Source: Macrostomum lignano (taxonomy: Eukaryota). Taken from it: DNA of 64,000 nucleotides. Every line of letters starts with the position of its first letter. The stretch's first letter is position 1. The translations under genes were made by a program, and so were the position numbers. Positions 1-11,000 of this stretch are shown piece after piece. Below the pieces are notes generated by a model. It was given only the letters and a program-made list of their open reading frames with translations, had not been told where the DNA came from and did no database searches. The DNA lies in assembly GCA_002269645.1 (NCBI GenBank), contig NIVC01002631.1:62001-126000 (forward strand), given 5' to 3'.

Positions 1-20
1 TGCGGAGCGGTAGACTTCAT
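1..20 (-). CDS. 5' end (MKSTAPH...) of a third C2H2 zinc-finger paralogue that continues left of the window
   Basis: Bases 1-90 match 4044-4120; the reverse complement of 1-20 reads ATG AAG TCT ACC GCT CCG CA, the same as the start of the 2752-4062 ORF. Confidence 0.6.
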
Positions 21-1265
21 TACTTTGTAATCAGAGATTTAATGATATTGGAATTCTTAAGGAAAAATAGATTTATCCCACATTTACCGGTAAAACTAAG
101 ACGTACGTAGACACGGGGCAAAGTTCAGATCTGTGTAACGCCATTTGTAACTGGGTGTGTCATGGAATCTGTACTGTTAAATACATGACTTGAAGTTTTG
201 CTTTTTCGCCTCTGACTACATACTCTCTATGACATGAATGATTTCTGGTCTAAATTGAGGTCTGTAAGTCTTTTAACGTAAAATTTAAAATGATGAACCA
301 TTTCAAATGCACTTTGAAATGAATCATTGGACATGGTATATAAGTCAAAGAGAGGAAACTTGAGATTATGGTGGTTAGGGTGAGTCATAGAGTAGGTACG
401 GTGAGTCTAACCAGTCAGGGTGGTTAGCGTGGGAGATCAAGAAGAGTAGTGAAAAGAAGCGGGACACCAGTTCGAAATCAAGGATTGTCATTTATGACAA
501 GCAAATTAATGTTATAAATGCAGACAGAACATTTGTCCACGTGCCGGGATTTTTTTCAATGTCTTCAACAGACAGACAGAAGGGGTGCAGTGTGCTCAGA
601 GGCGGTCATGCTCAGCAAGACAACTCAAACGGGCAGAGATTTGGCTTACAACCAGTTAGCTGTGCTCAGTCTTATACTGCAGGATTGGAATTACACAACT
701 TGAGTAGCTAAATGCCATGCAGACTGTCAGAGGTGAGCTGTCAGCAGCACTAGCAAGTTGGCAGCCATGAAAATCTGCATTCAAGCGGCAGCACAGCTGA
801 AGCACCGCATGGCTGGCAAAATGCCTTGCGGAGAAGCTCAGTGCGGGAAACACCTCAATGCGAGCCTCAGCAGAAAACTGCTGCAGCTGAAACACTTAAC
901 CAACTTGATCAGCTGATTGAATATCCGCTGGCTGAGGCCCTGAGAGCTGAGCAAATTCCCATGGCAACAGCTGCATTGAACACCCTATGTGGTCTATTAA
1001 AGTCAATATTAAAAGAATCAACACCTCAAGACAAACATTTAAACTAACGAATTAGTAAAATTGAAACAATAAAGTTGTATTTAGTTAAAGCAAACCAGTT
1101 AAAGGTTATTAGTAACAATAAAGTGTGCTAGGCAGCCATGCATTTAATTTAATTAATGAAGAAAATTTATAGCCCCACATCAAGACAAACATTAAAACAA
1201 ACATGGGGAACTTTAACACTGGCTGTGAAAGTTGTGTATCGAGAAAATTCCATCATGCAGACAAT
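1..1265. repeat. Tandem segmental duplication unit (upstream region of a zinc-finger gene), paralogous to about 4044-5610
   Basis: Collinear blocks by eye: 1-90/4044-4120, 137-175/4438-4485, 379-510/4817-4950, 620-1010/4955-5330, 1200-1264/5550-5609. Confidence 0.85.
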
Positions 1266-1266
1266 A

Positions 1267-2331
1267 CGAGGATGCTTAACAAGTTCGCAGAAAATGTAGC
1301 TCGTAGCTTCCTTATATGCAAATAAAATGAGATTTTTTGTGTTTATATCAGTACATATTAAAACTTCATGTCAATTTTCAGCCTCTGCTTAAAATGCTAC
1401 GACGCAATGGTCGAAAAAGTGATACGACCCCAGACCCTGTCCTGGGATTGACAATGTGACAGACGAGTTGCAGTTCTTGTTCAATTTCGATTTGGCCAAT
1501 CCGCCTCTCGAGCGCTTGCAGATGCTTTGAAAAGCGTTGGGTGATGAAGCATCATCCCAGACAATGGTGTACAAGTGGTTTGAACGAGAAGGCCGTCCAA
1601 ATTCGGTTATTACGAACGCAACAGTTCCAGTGTCCAAAGACTGCTCGATGAAGATCGAGGAGTGACGGTTGGCGAAATCGAGAAACATGTCGGGATTTCA
1701 GATTCAAGCGCCATTTCTATCTTGCATGATCATCTGGGCATGAGGAAAGCGTCTGCACTCTGGGTGCCCCATTACTTGAACTTCACTCTTATTCCGGTGG
1801 TGTGGCATCCTGCCGCACATTCTATTCGAAAAAGGTGCCACAGTGACTAGTCACTGGTACTTAAGTGTCTGCCTGTCCCAGGTGCTGGAGCTCCTCTGTC
1901 AGGATGCGGCCAAAGACCAGAGACCATGCCATTTTCTTGCACCATGACAATGCTCCAGCTCACCGAGCCAGAGTGACACAGGAGTTTCTGGCATTGACTC
2001 AGCAGACTCTGCTGCCACATCCAGCCTACTCGCCTGAAATCGCTCCAGCTGACTTCTTCCTCTTCAAGAAGATCAAGAAGAATCTCAAGGGAAAGCGTTT
2101 TGACTCACGCAAGAAGCTTAAAGAGGCGTTGAAAGCAGAGCTGGAAGCTATCCCTCAGGTGGAATTAAGGGCATGTTTTGCAGCATAGTTTCATGCGATG
2201 GAGAAATGCAGAAATCTGTCTGAAAACTATGCTGAGAAGTCTCATTAATTGGGGGGATACATTCAAAACAATTTTCAGGTGGCGGCATATTCAGAAGTGT
2301 CTTTTTTCCGCGAACTTATTAAGCATCCATT
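1267..2331 (+). mobile_element. Decayed, internally deleted mariner (Tc1/mariner) DNA transposon
   Basis: TA at 1265-1266, then TIR CGAGGATGCTTAACAAGTTCGCAGAAAA (1267-1294); inverted copy TTTTCCGCGAACTTATTAAGCATCC at about 2304-2328. Broken transposase with mariner motifs WVPHYL, HHDNAPAH and PHPAYSPEIAPADFFLF. Absent from the paralogous spacer near 5609. Confidence 0.9.
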
Positions 2332-2723
2332 GCAACAACGCTCGGCTTTACAAAACTTAAAGAACAAATGTTAAGAAGTAGAAACGATGCATGAGTGCTG
2401 AGTAGTGATACAGACAGTAATGTTATGAGAAACAACTGGAAACCTTTAGCAGCAACAAGTGAAAAGATGGCCTAACAGTAGAGTGCAGTATTGTATATGC
2501 CGTGACTAACTAGTCATTGACTGCTGTCACTAACAGGTCATTGGTTTAGCATCCGCCTGTATTGCTCTAGAATAACTCAGCGAAGATCATTAAAGCTCTA
2601 AAGACAGAAGGACAAGACAAAAAAGCTATGAAACGATGACAAGCAAACACTTGGCGCACAGTATGGACCAAGACCAATTGTCCACATCGGCAATTAGCGG
2701 AGTGCAGCAAATTTGAATATTCG

Positions 2724-4062
2724 CTACACAACGTGCTGCTCGGAGTGGCTATTAAGATTGCTGACTTGATTGAATCTCTTGCCGCACACTTTGCACTGAA
2801 ACGGCTTTTTTCTCAGTGTGCAGCCTTGAGTGGGTAGTGAGAATGTTGGCTTGATTAAATCTCCTGCCGCACACTTTGCACTGAAACGGCTTTTCTCCTG
2901 TATGCAGCCTTGAGTGGGTTGTGAGAATGTTGACTTGATTAAATCTCCTGCCGCACACTTTGCACTGAAACGGCTTTTCTCCTGTATGCAGCCTTGAGTG
3001 GGTTGTGAGGCTGCTATTGACAGCAAATCTCTTGCCGCAAACTTTGCATTGAAATGGCTTTTCACCAGTGTGTAGCCTTGAGTGGGTGGTGAGGCTGCTA
3101 TTGACACTGAATCTCTTGCCGCACACCTTGCAAACAAATGGCTTTTCTCCGGTGTGCAGCCTTAAGTGCTTAGTGAGACCGCTGCTGTCACTGAATCTCT
3201 TGCCGCACACCTTGCACTCAAATGGCTTTTCTCCTGTGTGCACCCTTGAGTGCGTAGTAAGGCTGCTGCTGTCACTGAATCTCTTGCCGCACACCTTGCA
3301 CTGAAATGGCTTTTCTCCTGTGTGCAACCTTAAGTGCTTAGTGAGACCGCTGCTGTCACTGAATCTCTTGCCGCACACCTTGCACTCAAATGGCTTTTCT
3401 CCTGTGTGCACCCTTGAGTGCGTAGTAAGGCTGCTGCTGTCACTGAATCTCTTGCCGCACACCTCGCACTCAAACGGCCTCTCTCCAGTGTGAGACCGGA
3501 TGTGCACGTGTAGATGAGACGCCTTTGTGAAGGACTTCCCACACCATTTGCACTTGTGTGGTTTCTCCTTTATGTGCACTGCACTAATGTGAGCCTTGAG
3601 GTGGCCTTTTCTGGAGAACTTCTTCTGGCAAGTGTCGCACTGGAACGGCCTCTGGACACCCTGAGCTCGACGGTGCCGTGTTGCAGCACTCTTTGTAGCT
3701 CGGGTATTCCCGACTGACTCGCACTCCTGACGCTTCGTCACTGCACGACTGCCGTCTGCACACGGCTGCATCGCTGACTCATTGCGAGACGCGACCTGCT
3801 CGACCGCCGCCGCTCTGACAGCTTCTGAGTTGGTCGCAGCCGCCTCCTCTGGCTCCGAGTCGCAGCCCATTCCGTGTGACCGCACATGACGCAAGTACTG
3901 CGCCACTGCCGCTCGGGTGCGGCAGAACCGCCTGGGACAAAAGGGGCAGGCGACAGAGCGACGGGGCATCTCTGAGAAACTGTGGGGCTGCGATCCGTGC
4001 TGAGATGCCGATTCTCGAAGCCCGTCTCTGCCTGAGCTGCAATGCGGAGCGGTAGACTTCAT
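2724..4062 (-). CDS. Tandem C2H2 zinc-finger protein, copy A (one atypical N-terminal finger plus 11 array fingers; last finger follows a +1 A-run frameshift near 2810)
   Basis: Repeated CxxC-x12-HxxxH with TGEKPF linkers in ORF 2752-4062. The final finger [25 protein letters not shown] lies in ORF 2724-3137. The start codon or an upstream exon is uncertain. Confidence 0.9.
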
Positions 4063-4147
4063 TACTTGTGATCAGAGATTTAATGGTATTGGAATTCATA
4101 AGGAAAATGGATTCATCCCACTTTAAAAGCTGTTTAAAGGACTTACT

Positions 4148-4395
4148 AAACACCACACCCCAAGAGAAGGGAAGGCGGTCGCGTGTTTGCCAGTATTGAG
4201 TACAGTGCAAAAAGAGACGACGGTCCTCTGAACAGCAAGTTTATTTGTGCCGTACAGAAAGTATAAAAGCAAAAAAGCAAAAAAATCATGCAGCGCGAGA
4301 AAGGTAGAGGCGAGGCGGGCTGAGTAAAAGCTAGGTGATATAAACTTACGGCGGAGGGGTGCAGTGCAGAGGGGGGTTGACTTGGGGTGGTGTTT
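4148..4395. mobile_element. Possible MITE-like insertion
   Basis: Segment absent from the paralogous position (about 85-105). Flanked by imperfect inverted repeats AAACACCACACCCCAAG / CTTGGGGTGGTGTTT; no clear TSD. Confidence 0.35.
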
Positions 4396-5903
4396 GGACG
4401 ATGGTGTCTGGGCACGTAGAAAAGGGGCAGTCTTGTATGACGCCATTTGTAACTTATGTACCTGGGTGCCATGGAAGCTGTATTGTCAGATTTTGTAACT
4501 TAAAATTTTGTCCCGGAGTACACTCAGAAACATGCTAAAGTTTCCACCCTGAAACCACTGGTCAACAAATGGCTGGCAGACGGAATGAATGCAAAGGAGT
4601 TGCTGTACAGTTAGCAGGGTCGGTAGGATGAATGGTGGAGTAGGTAGAGTGAAGTTGTATTGAGAAAGTCATAATTATTTTGCGTCACATACAACCTTTA
4701 GACCACGTTGGCCTTTCCACTAGAATATTTATACTTTAGCCGGCGACAGATCAATATCGCAAACAAATTTACATAACAGATGTACTCGTACATACCTACA
4801 AACTAACTACACAAAAGGTGAGTCATAGAGTAGGTACGGTGAGTCTAACCAGTCAGGGTGGTTAGCGTGGGAGATCAAGAAGAGTAGCGCAAATAAGCGG
4901 GACACCAGTTCGAAATCAAGGAGTGTCATTTGTGACAAGCATATTAATGTGTCAACGGGCAGAGATTTGGCTTACAACCAGTTAGCTGTGCTCAGTCTCA
5001 AACTGCAGGATTGGAATTAGACAACTTGAGTAGCTAAATGCCATGCAGACTGCCAGAGAAGGTGAGCTGTCAGCAGCACTAGCAAGTTGGCAGCCATGAA
5101 AATCTGCATTGAAGCGGCAGCACAGCTGAAGCACCGCATGGCTGGCAAAATGCCTTGCGGAGAAGCTCAGTGCGGGAAACACCTCAATGCGAGCCTCAGC
5201 AGAAAACTGCTGCAGCTGAAACACTCGACCAACTTGATCAGCTGATTGAATATCCGCTGGCTGAGGCCCTGAGAGCTGAGCAAATTCCCATGACAACAGG
5301 TGCATTGAGCACCCTATGTGGTCTTTTAAGTCAATACCAAAACAATAAATACATCCAGACAAACATATAAACTAATCAATTAGTAAAGATTGTAATAGTA
5401 AAGTTGTATTGAATCAAATCAAACTACTTACTAAGGGTTATTAGTAACAACAAAAAAGTTCGCAATGCCAAGAATAAAATTTATAAATACAGGCCGAAAG
5501 GAAGTTTTTTAGAAGAAATTTTAGCCAAACACAAGACAAAAACAGTAAAACAAGCTTGGGAAAACCTTAAAAACAGCCTGTGAAATTTGTGCAACGACAA
5601 AATTGCATTATGCAGACAACAATTACACAAAACCCAATTTTTTAAGCACTCCTACAGCAGGTAATCAGATGAGAGGGAAACAACAATTGGGGACATTTGG
5701 CAGCAACAAGAAGTAAAAATCCGGTCTGCTCTCAGTAACTGGCCATTGGCTGCTGACATTGGATTAGTTTCCGTATGCATTACTTCAAGAGAACTCCAAA
5801 AAAATCATTAAGACAAAAAACTGATCAGTAATTAAAGCTTACTGTCAATCCAGGATTGGTGGTCTGCACTTGCAATCACACAGAGCGAAGTGTTAAATAT
5901 TCG

Positions 5904-6854
5904 CTAGACAATGTGCTGCTTGGAGTGTCTTTTCAAATTGCTGCTGCGATTAAATCGCTTGCCGCATATCTTGCACTCGTATGGCTTTTCTCCTGTGTGC
6001 ACCCTAGAGTGCCTAGCTAGGCTGCTGTTTTCATTGAATCTCTTGCCGCACACTTTGCACTCCAATGGCTTTTCTCCTGTGTGCAGTCTTAGGTGGGTAG
6101 TAAGGTTGCTACTGACACTGAATCTCTTGCCGCACACTTTGCACTCATATGGAGTTTCCCCTGTGTGCAGCCTTGAGTGCCTTGTAAGGCTGCTGCTTTC
6201 ATTGAATCTCTTGCCGCACACCTTGCACTCAAATGGCTTTTCTCCTGTGTGCACCCTGGAATGCTTAGTGAGGTTGCCGTTGGTACTGAATCTCTTGCCG
6301 CACACCTTGCACTCAAATGGCTTTTCTCCTGTGTGCACCCTGGAATGCTTAGTGAGGTTGCCGTTGGTACTGAATCTCTTGCCGCACACCTTGCACTCAA
6401 ACGGCCTCTCACCAGTGTAAGACCGAATGTGCACGTGCAGATGAGATGCATTTAAGAAGGACTTCCCACACCGCTTGCACTCGTGCGGTTTTTCCTTCTC
6501 GTGAAACGCACTAATGTGAGCTTTGAGGTGGCTCTTGCTGGAGAGCTTCTTTTGGCAAGTGTCGCACTGGAATGGCCTCTGGACACCCTGAGCTCGACGG
6601 TGCCGTGTTGCAGCACTCTTTGTAGCTCGGGTATTCCCGACTGACTCGCACTCCTGACGCTTCGTCACTGCATGACTGCCGTCTGCACACGGCTGCATCG
6701 CTGACTCATTGCGAGACGCGACCTGCTCGACCTGCTCGTGCTGAGATGCCGATGCTCGAAGCCCGTCTCTGCCTGAGCTGCAATGCGGAGCGGTAGAGAC
6801 TTCGTCACTTTGATAATCTAGGTTTGAATGACACTCAAAGCTTTTTACACACAC
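5904..6854 (-). CDS. Tandem C2H2 zinc-finger protein, copy B (8 fingers)
   Basis: 316-aa ORF. N-terminal region near-identical to copy A but lacking the CPFC finger segment; 8 fingers with TGE(K/R/T)P linkers. Start uncertain. Confidence 0.9.
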   Translation of the reverse strand: MCVKSFECHSNLDYQSDEVSTAPHCSSGRDGLRASASQHEQVEQVASRNESAMQPCADGSHAVTKRQECESVGNTRATKSAATRHRRAQGVQRPFQCDTCQKKLSSKSHLKAHISAFHEKEKPHECKRCGKSFLNASHLHVHIRSYTGERPFECKVCGKRFSTNGNLTKHSRVHTGEKPFECKVCGKRFSTNGNLTKHSRVHTGEKPFECKVCGKRFNESSSLTRHSRLHTGETPYECKVCGKRFSVSSNLTTHLRLHTGEKPLECKVCGKRFNENSSLARHSRVHTGEKPYECKICGKRFNRSSNLKRHSKQHIV

Positions 6855-6939
6855 ATAATTATGTGTGTGTTATTATAAATATATATAGCGTAAAGCTTCG
6901 CATTGGAGACAAAATATTTAAGCATTCCCGTTTAAAAAA

Positions 6940-7290
6940 CGACAGTCGTACGACAGAGCTATACGACAGAGCTTTTACGACAGTCCTCGTCAGCATACGA
7001 CAGGTGTTTTTACGACATAATACGACTGTGCCGCAGCCCAACTTTCTTGGGTCGACCACCTAGACCCACCTAGATATTACGACAGAGTACGACAGTGCCC
7101 TACGACAGTGACCATACGACAGTGACGATACGACAGTGTACGACAGTGACCTACGACAGTGACCTACGACAGTGTACGACAGTGACCTATGACAGGGATG
7201 ATCCTACGACAGAACCCTACGACAGTGTACGACAGTGACCTACGACAGTGATGATCGTACGACAGAACCCTACGACAGTGTACGACAATT
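6940..7290. repeat. Irregular tandem array built on TACGACAG(TG)
   Basis: More than 20 occurrences of ACGACAG with short variable linkers (TG, TGACC, AACCC). Confidence 0.85.
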
Positions 7291-7859
7291 TGCTTTAGTA
7301 CTCGTATTTGAATATAGTCAGCCCCCAGATACCTCGGAGACAATTGCTAACACTGCTCAATATTGAGTCCGAATGATAAAGATCAAGAGCCCTCCCAGAT
7401 CGAGCGCCCTCTCAATTCTAGTTGACTCAATCAATGTAGTGCCAGACATTGGGAGACTAATAAAACGTTGATTAATAGCTGATATGCTCTCGATGTAATT
7501 ATGAAATTTCTAGGAACCAAATTTAGTTAACTATACACAACGGTTTCTAGAAAAATAATAAAGTCGTTATTTTATTGAGTTTATATTTATATTTTGTTTT
7601 CATTATAAACAGATTTACAATTTGCGAGCATGCATACGTACAATCACAGAATCAAATTAATGTGGAGGCATTTGTCTGTTTAGTACAACAGTGCTACCTA
7701 GTGCTAGTTTAGCAAGGAAAGATTTTTATTCGTATTGCTTTTGCATCTGAATTTGGCAGCAGAATTAATTAAATACTCGTAGTTAAAGAAACATTACCAA
7801 ACTTGAACAAAAAAATTAACAAAATCTTTTTGCTTGGCTGTTTAGCTGGAATTATGTAG

Positions 7860-8092
7860 CATGTCACTCCCGGTGGTACGTTTTACTACGTGGGATGTCA
7901 TCTAGATAAAATGTCACTCTAGGTGAAATGTCACTCTAGGTGAAATGTCCCTCTAGGTGAAATGTCACTCTAGGTGAAATGTCCCTCTAGGCGAAGTGTT
8001 ACTCTAGGTGAAATGTCACTCTAGGCGAAGTGTCACTCTAGGTGCGATGTCACTCCAGATGGGATGTCACTCTAGGTGAAATGTCACTCCAG
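7860..8092. repeat. 17-bp minisatellite TGTCACTCTAGGTGAAA in the 3' UTR of the LRR gene
   Basis: About 12 degenerate tandem units; the last overlaps the TGA stop at 8084-8086. Confidence 0.9.
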
Positions 8093-11000
8093 GCTTCCAG
8101 CTTCCCCGTTCTCGCGGCCAACCGGAAGCTCAACGCCGAACCGCAGCTGCCACGGCTCAGCCAATCGGCGGCGAAGTTCGCGCCTAGCGGCTCCGGTTGG
8201 CATGACAACCGACCAGGAGGCAACGCCATCCTCTGGGAAGAAGTCGAGTCGAACCGGCGCACCTGCCGGCGAGCTGGCATCCCTATCCGGAATGGTCAGG
8301 GACTGCAGCGAGGTGAGCGGGGCCGAGTTAATCAGCTGACATTTGGCTCGCCAGTCCAGCTGCTGGCAGTCAGCCAGAGCTTCGGCCAAGTCAGCCGGTG
8401 GCAGCGCCAGCAGCCGCAGCATCTCGGCGTCTCCATCGTCGGCGGCTTCGTCAACGACAAGAAGCACTGAGGTGGACGAATCTGCCAGGGTGACCCAGTG
8501 GCAACGGTCCCGCCCCCCGTCATCGACGCCGGCATCAACGTCTGGACGGTCGCAGTGTCGGCGCAGACAGTCAATCAGGCCGTCAAGTTTGGCGCGGTGC
8601 CCCATCGGCGCCAGAAGTTGCGCCTCGGAGGTCCAGCGAAGCAGGACGAAGCCGCCAGCCCAGTGGCCAAGGCGGACGGTTTGCAGAGCGGCCAGCGGCC
8701 ATTTCTGGAGTAGCGCCAGGCAGCGACCGAGGTCTTCGTCGGCCCCTGCCAGACTACGCGGGCAATAGTCCAGCAGCAGGAGCTGCCGCGTGGTGGCTAC
8801 GAGAATGGCGGCTCGCTTGGCCTCCCAGTTGGAGTTGCGCTTGCCAGACAGGAAGTGACAGCCAGCCAGCAGCACGGCGAACTTGGCGTCCTCTCCGTCA
8901 CCAAGCAGCGACAGATCCAGGTGCAGTTTGAGCCGATGGTCCATGACCTCCGGGCTGGTTGGGTCGAACATTAGAACATTGTCTGCCAGCATCTCTTTGG
9001 TGTCGTCATCATCGGGCACGCCTGCAGTCGCGTCCGTGGTAGCATCCGCGGTGGCGGTCACGAAGGCCTCTGTGTCGGTTGGTGCAGCGGTTGAGAGGCT
9101 GAGGGCTGGGCTCTGCAAACAGGGTGGGATGCTTGACTAATTACCACCGAGTGTTAGCGACTTGTACACAAGTGCCTGTTTGAGTAGGGACTGCTCATGT
9201 ACACAAGTGCCTGTTTGAGTAGGGACTGCTCATGTACACAAGTGCCTGTTTGAGTAGGGACTGCTCATGTACACAAGTGCCTGTTTGAGTAGGGACTGCT
9301 CATGTACACAAGTGCCTGTTTGAGTAGGGACTGCTCATGTACACAAGTGCCTGTTTGAGTAGGGACTGCTCATGTACACAAGTGCCTGTTTGAGTAGGGA
9401 CTGCTCATGTACACAAGTGCCTGTTTGAGTAGGGACTGCTCATGTACACAAGTGCCTGTTTGAGTAGGGACTGCTCATGTACACAAGTGCCTGTTTGAGT
9501 AGGGACTGCTCATGTACACAAGTGCCTGTTTGAGTAGGGACTGCTCATGAACACAAGTGCCTGTTTGAGTAGGGACTGCTCATGTACACAAGTGCCTGTT
9601 TGAGTAGGGACTGCTCATGTACACAAGTGCCTGTTTGAGTAGGGACTGCTCATGTACACAAGTGCCTGTTTGAGTAGGGACTGCTCATGTACACAAGTGC
9701 CTGTTTGAGTAGGGACTGCTCATGTACACAAGTGCCTGTTTGAGTAGGGACTGCTCATGTACACAAATGCCTGTTTGAGTAGGGACTGCTCATGTACAAA
9801 AATGCCTGAGTATGGACTGCCCCGTGTCTGTCGCACAGATAACAGAGTTCCAGTGACCCGTGACAGCTCACCTCTTCGCGGGCGTCCATCGTGCCAAGAG
9901 CAGTCGCTGACTCGCTGACTGTCGCTGACTGTCCGAAATTAAAGTCAGCAGTTAAAGTCGGCCCAGCGGCACCTTGAGTGTCCATGGACACTATAGAGGG
10001 TGTCCGAGCAAACGCATCGGCAGAAGCGGAGCCTTCGGCAGCCGCTGCGTTCGCCGAAGACGGATCTGGCGAGACAGACTCTGCATCTAGCGACGGCGGC
10101 GACACTCTTGGGGCCGACAGCTCAGTGCCGACACTGCCGACAAAGAACCTGGCAACAGCAGCAGCCGGTGGACCCAATGACGAAGCCTGCAGCTTTGCAG
10201 CAGCGGTGGTGGCGGCGGCGTCAGTGGACACAATAAACTCGGAGCCGCAGCTCGGACACACCGGAGCCTCCCGAATATCCGACAGGCTGTGCGCGCTCTC
10301 ACAGGGCAGAATCGACCGGCTGGCCTCGGAAATGTTGAACGAGTGCTCGCAGCGGGCGCAGCGGTACCTGTCAGGCGGGACGGTGGCGGCGAAGGGGGAC
10401 AGCAGCGATGCCAGCTGGCCAGCATCGGCTGGATCGTCTTCTTGAAGCTGGAAGCTGCGCACCAGCTGTTGCTGATCGAATCGAAGCCTCATCTGCAGGC
10501 CTGAGTTCGACGCCGACGGTAACTCCAAAGCGACGAGCTTTCGAAGGTCGATCTCTTCGGCCAGCCGGCCGTCGGGATGTCGAATAGTCAGCAGATGGCC
10601 GGCCAGGCTGAGCATCACCGCGGAGCCGGTGTCGCCCTGCACAGCCAGGAACTGATGACCGCGGATCAAGCCGAGCTCCTGTTCCACGGAGGCTGAGGCG
10701 GCAGCAGCAGTGTCAGATTTAACTGGCTCCGGCTGCGGCATCCGGGACGTCGGCAGAACGAAGACATCAGAGCCGATGGAGTCCATCACAGGCGTCGGAT
10801 CTCCGCCGCCTCCGCCGCTAATGTTGGCATCGGCGGCGGCTAGCAGCGGGGCTGCTGAACTTGCGGCGGGAACAGCCAGGTTGGCTGACTTCGCCTGACT
10901 CTGCTGCACAACCGATGTCAGTGGTGGTGGTGGCGGCGGCGGCGGCGGCGGTTCCAGCGGCGTGGAAGAGACAGCGACAGGGAACTCATCGGAGGCTGTC

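Noticed and set aside
2800-2820. Pseudogenisation of zinc-finger A, the BCL11-like gene and element 2 by frameshifts
   Set aside because: The lesions are single-base indels, mostly in short runs, with intact coding on both sides. This is typical of long-read consensus error and cannot be called real without reads.
5911-6455. Plus-strand ORFs over the zinc-finger arrays
   Set aside because: They are antisense shadows of the 84-bp finger repeat.
9163-9808. 35-bp repeats as a CRISPR array
   Set aside because: Units are head-to-tail with no unique spacers, lie in a spliceosomal intron, and have no cas genes. The same applies to every other array here.
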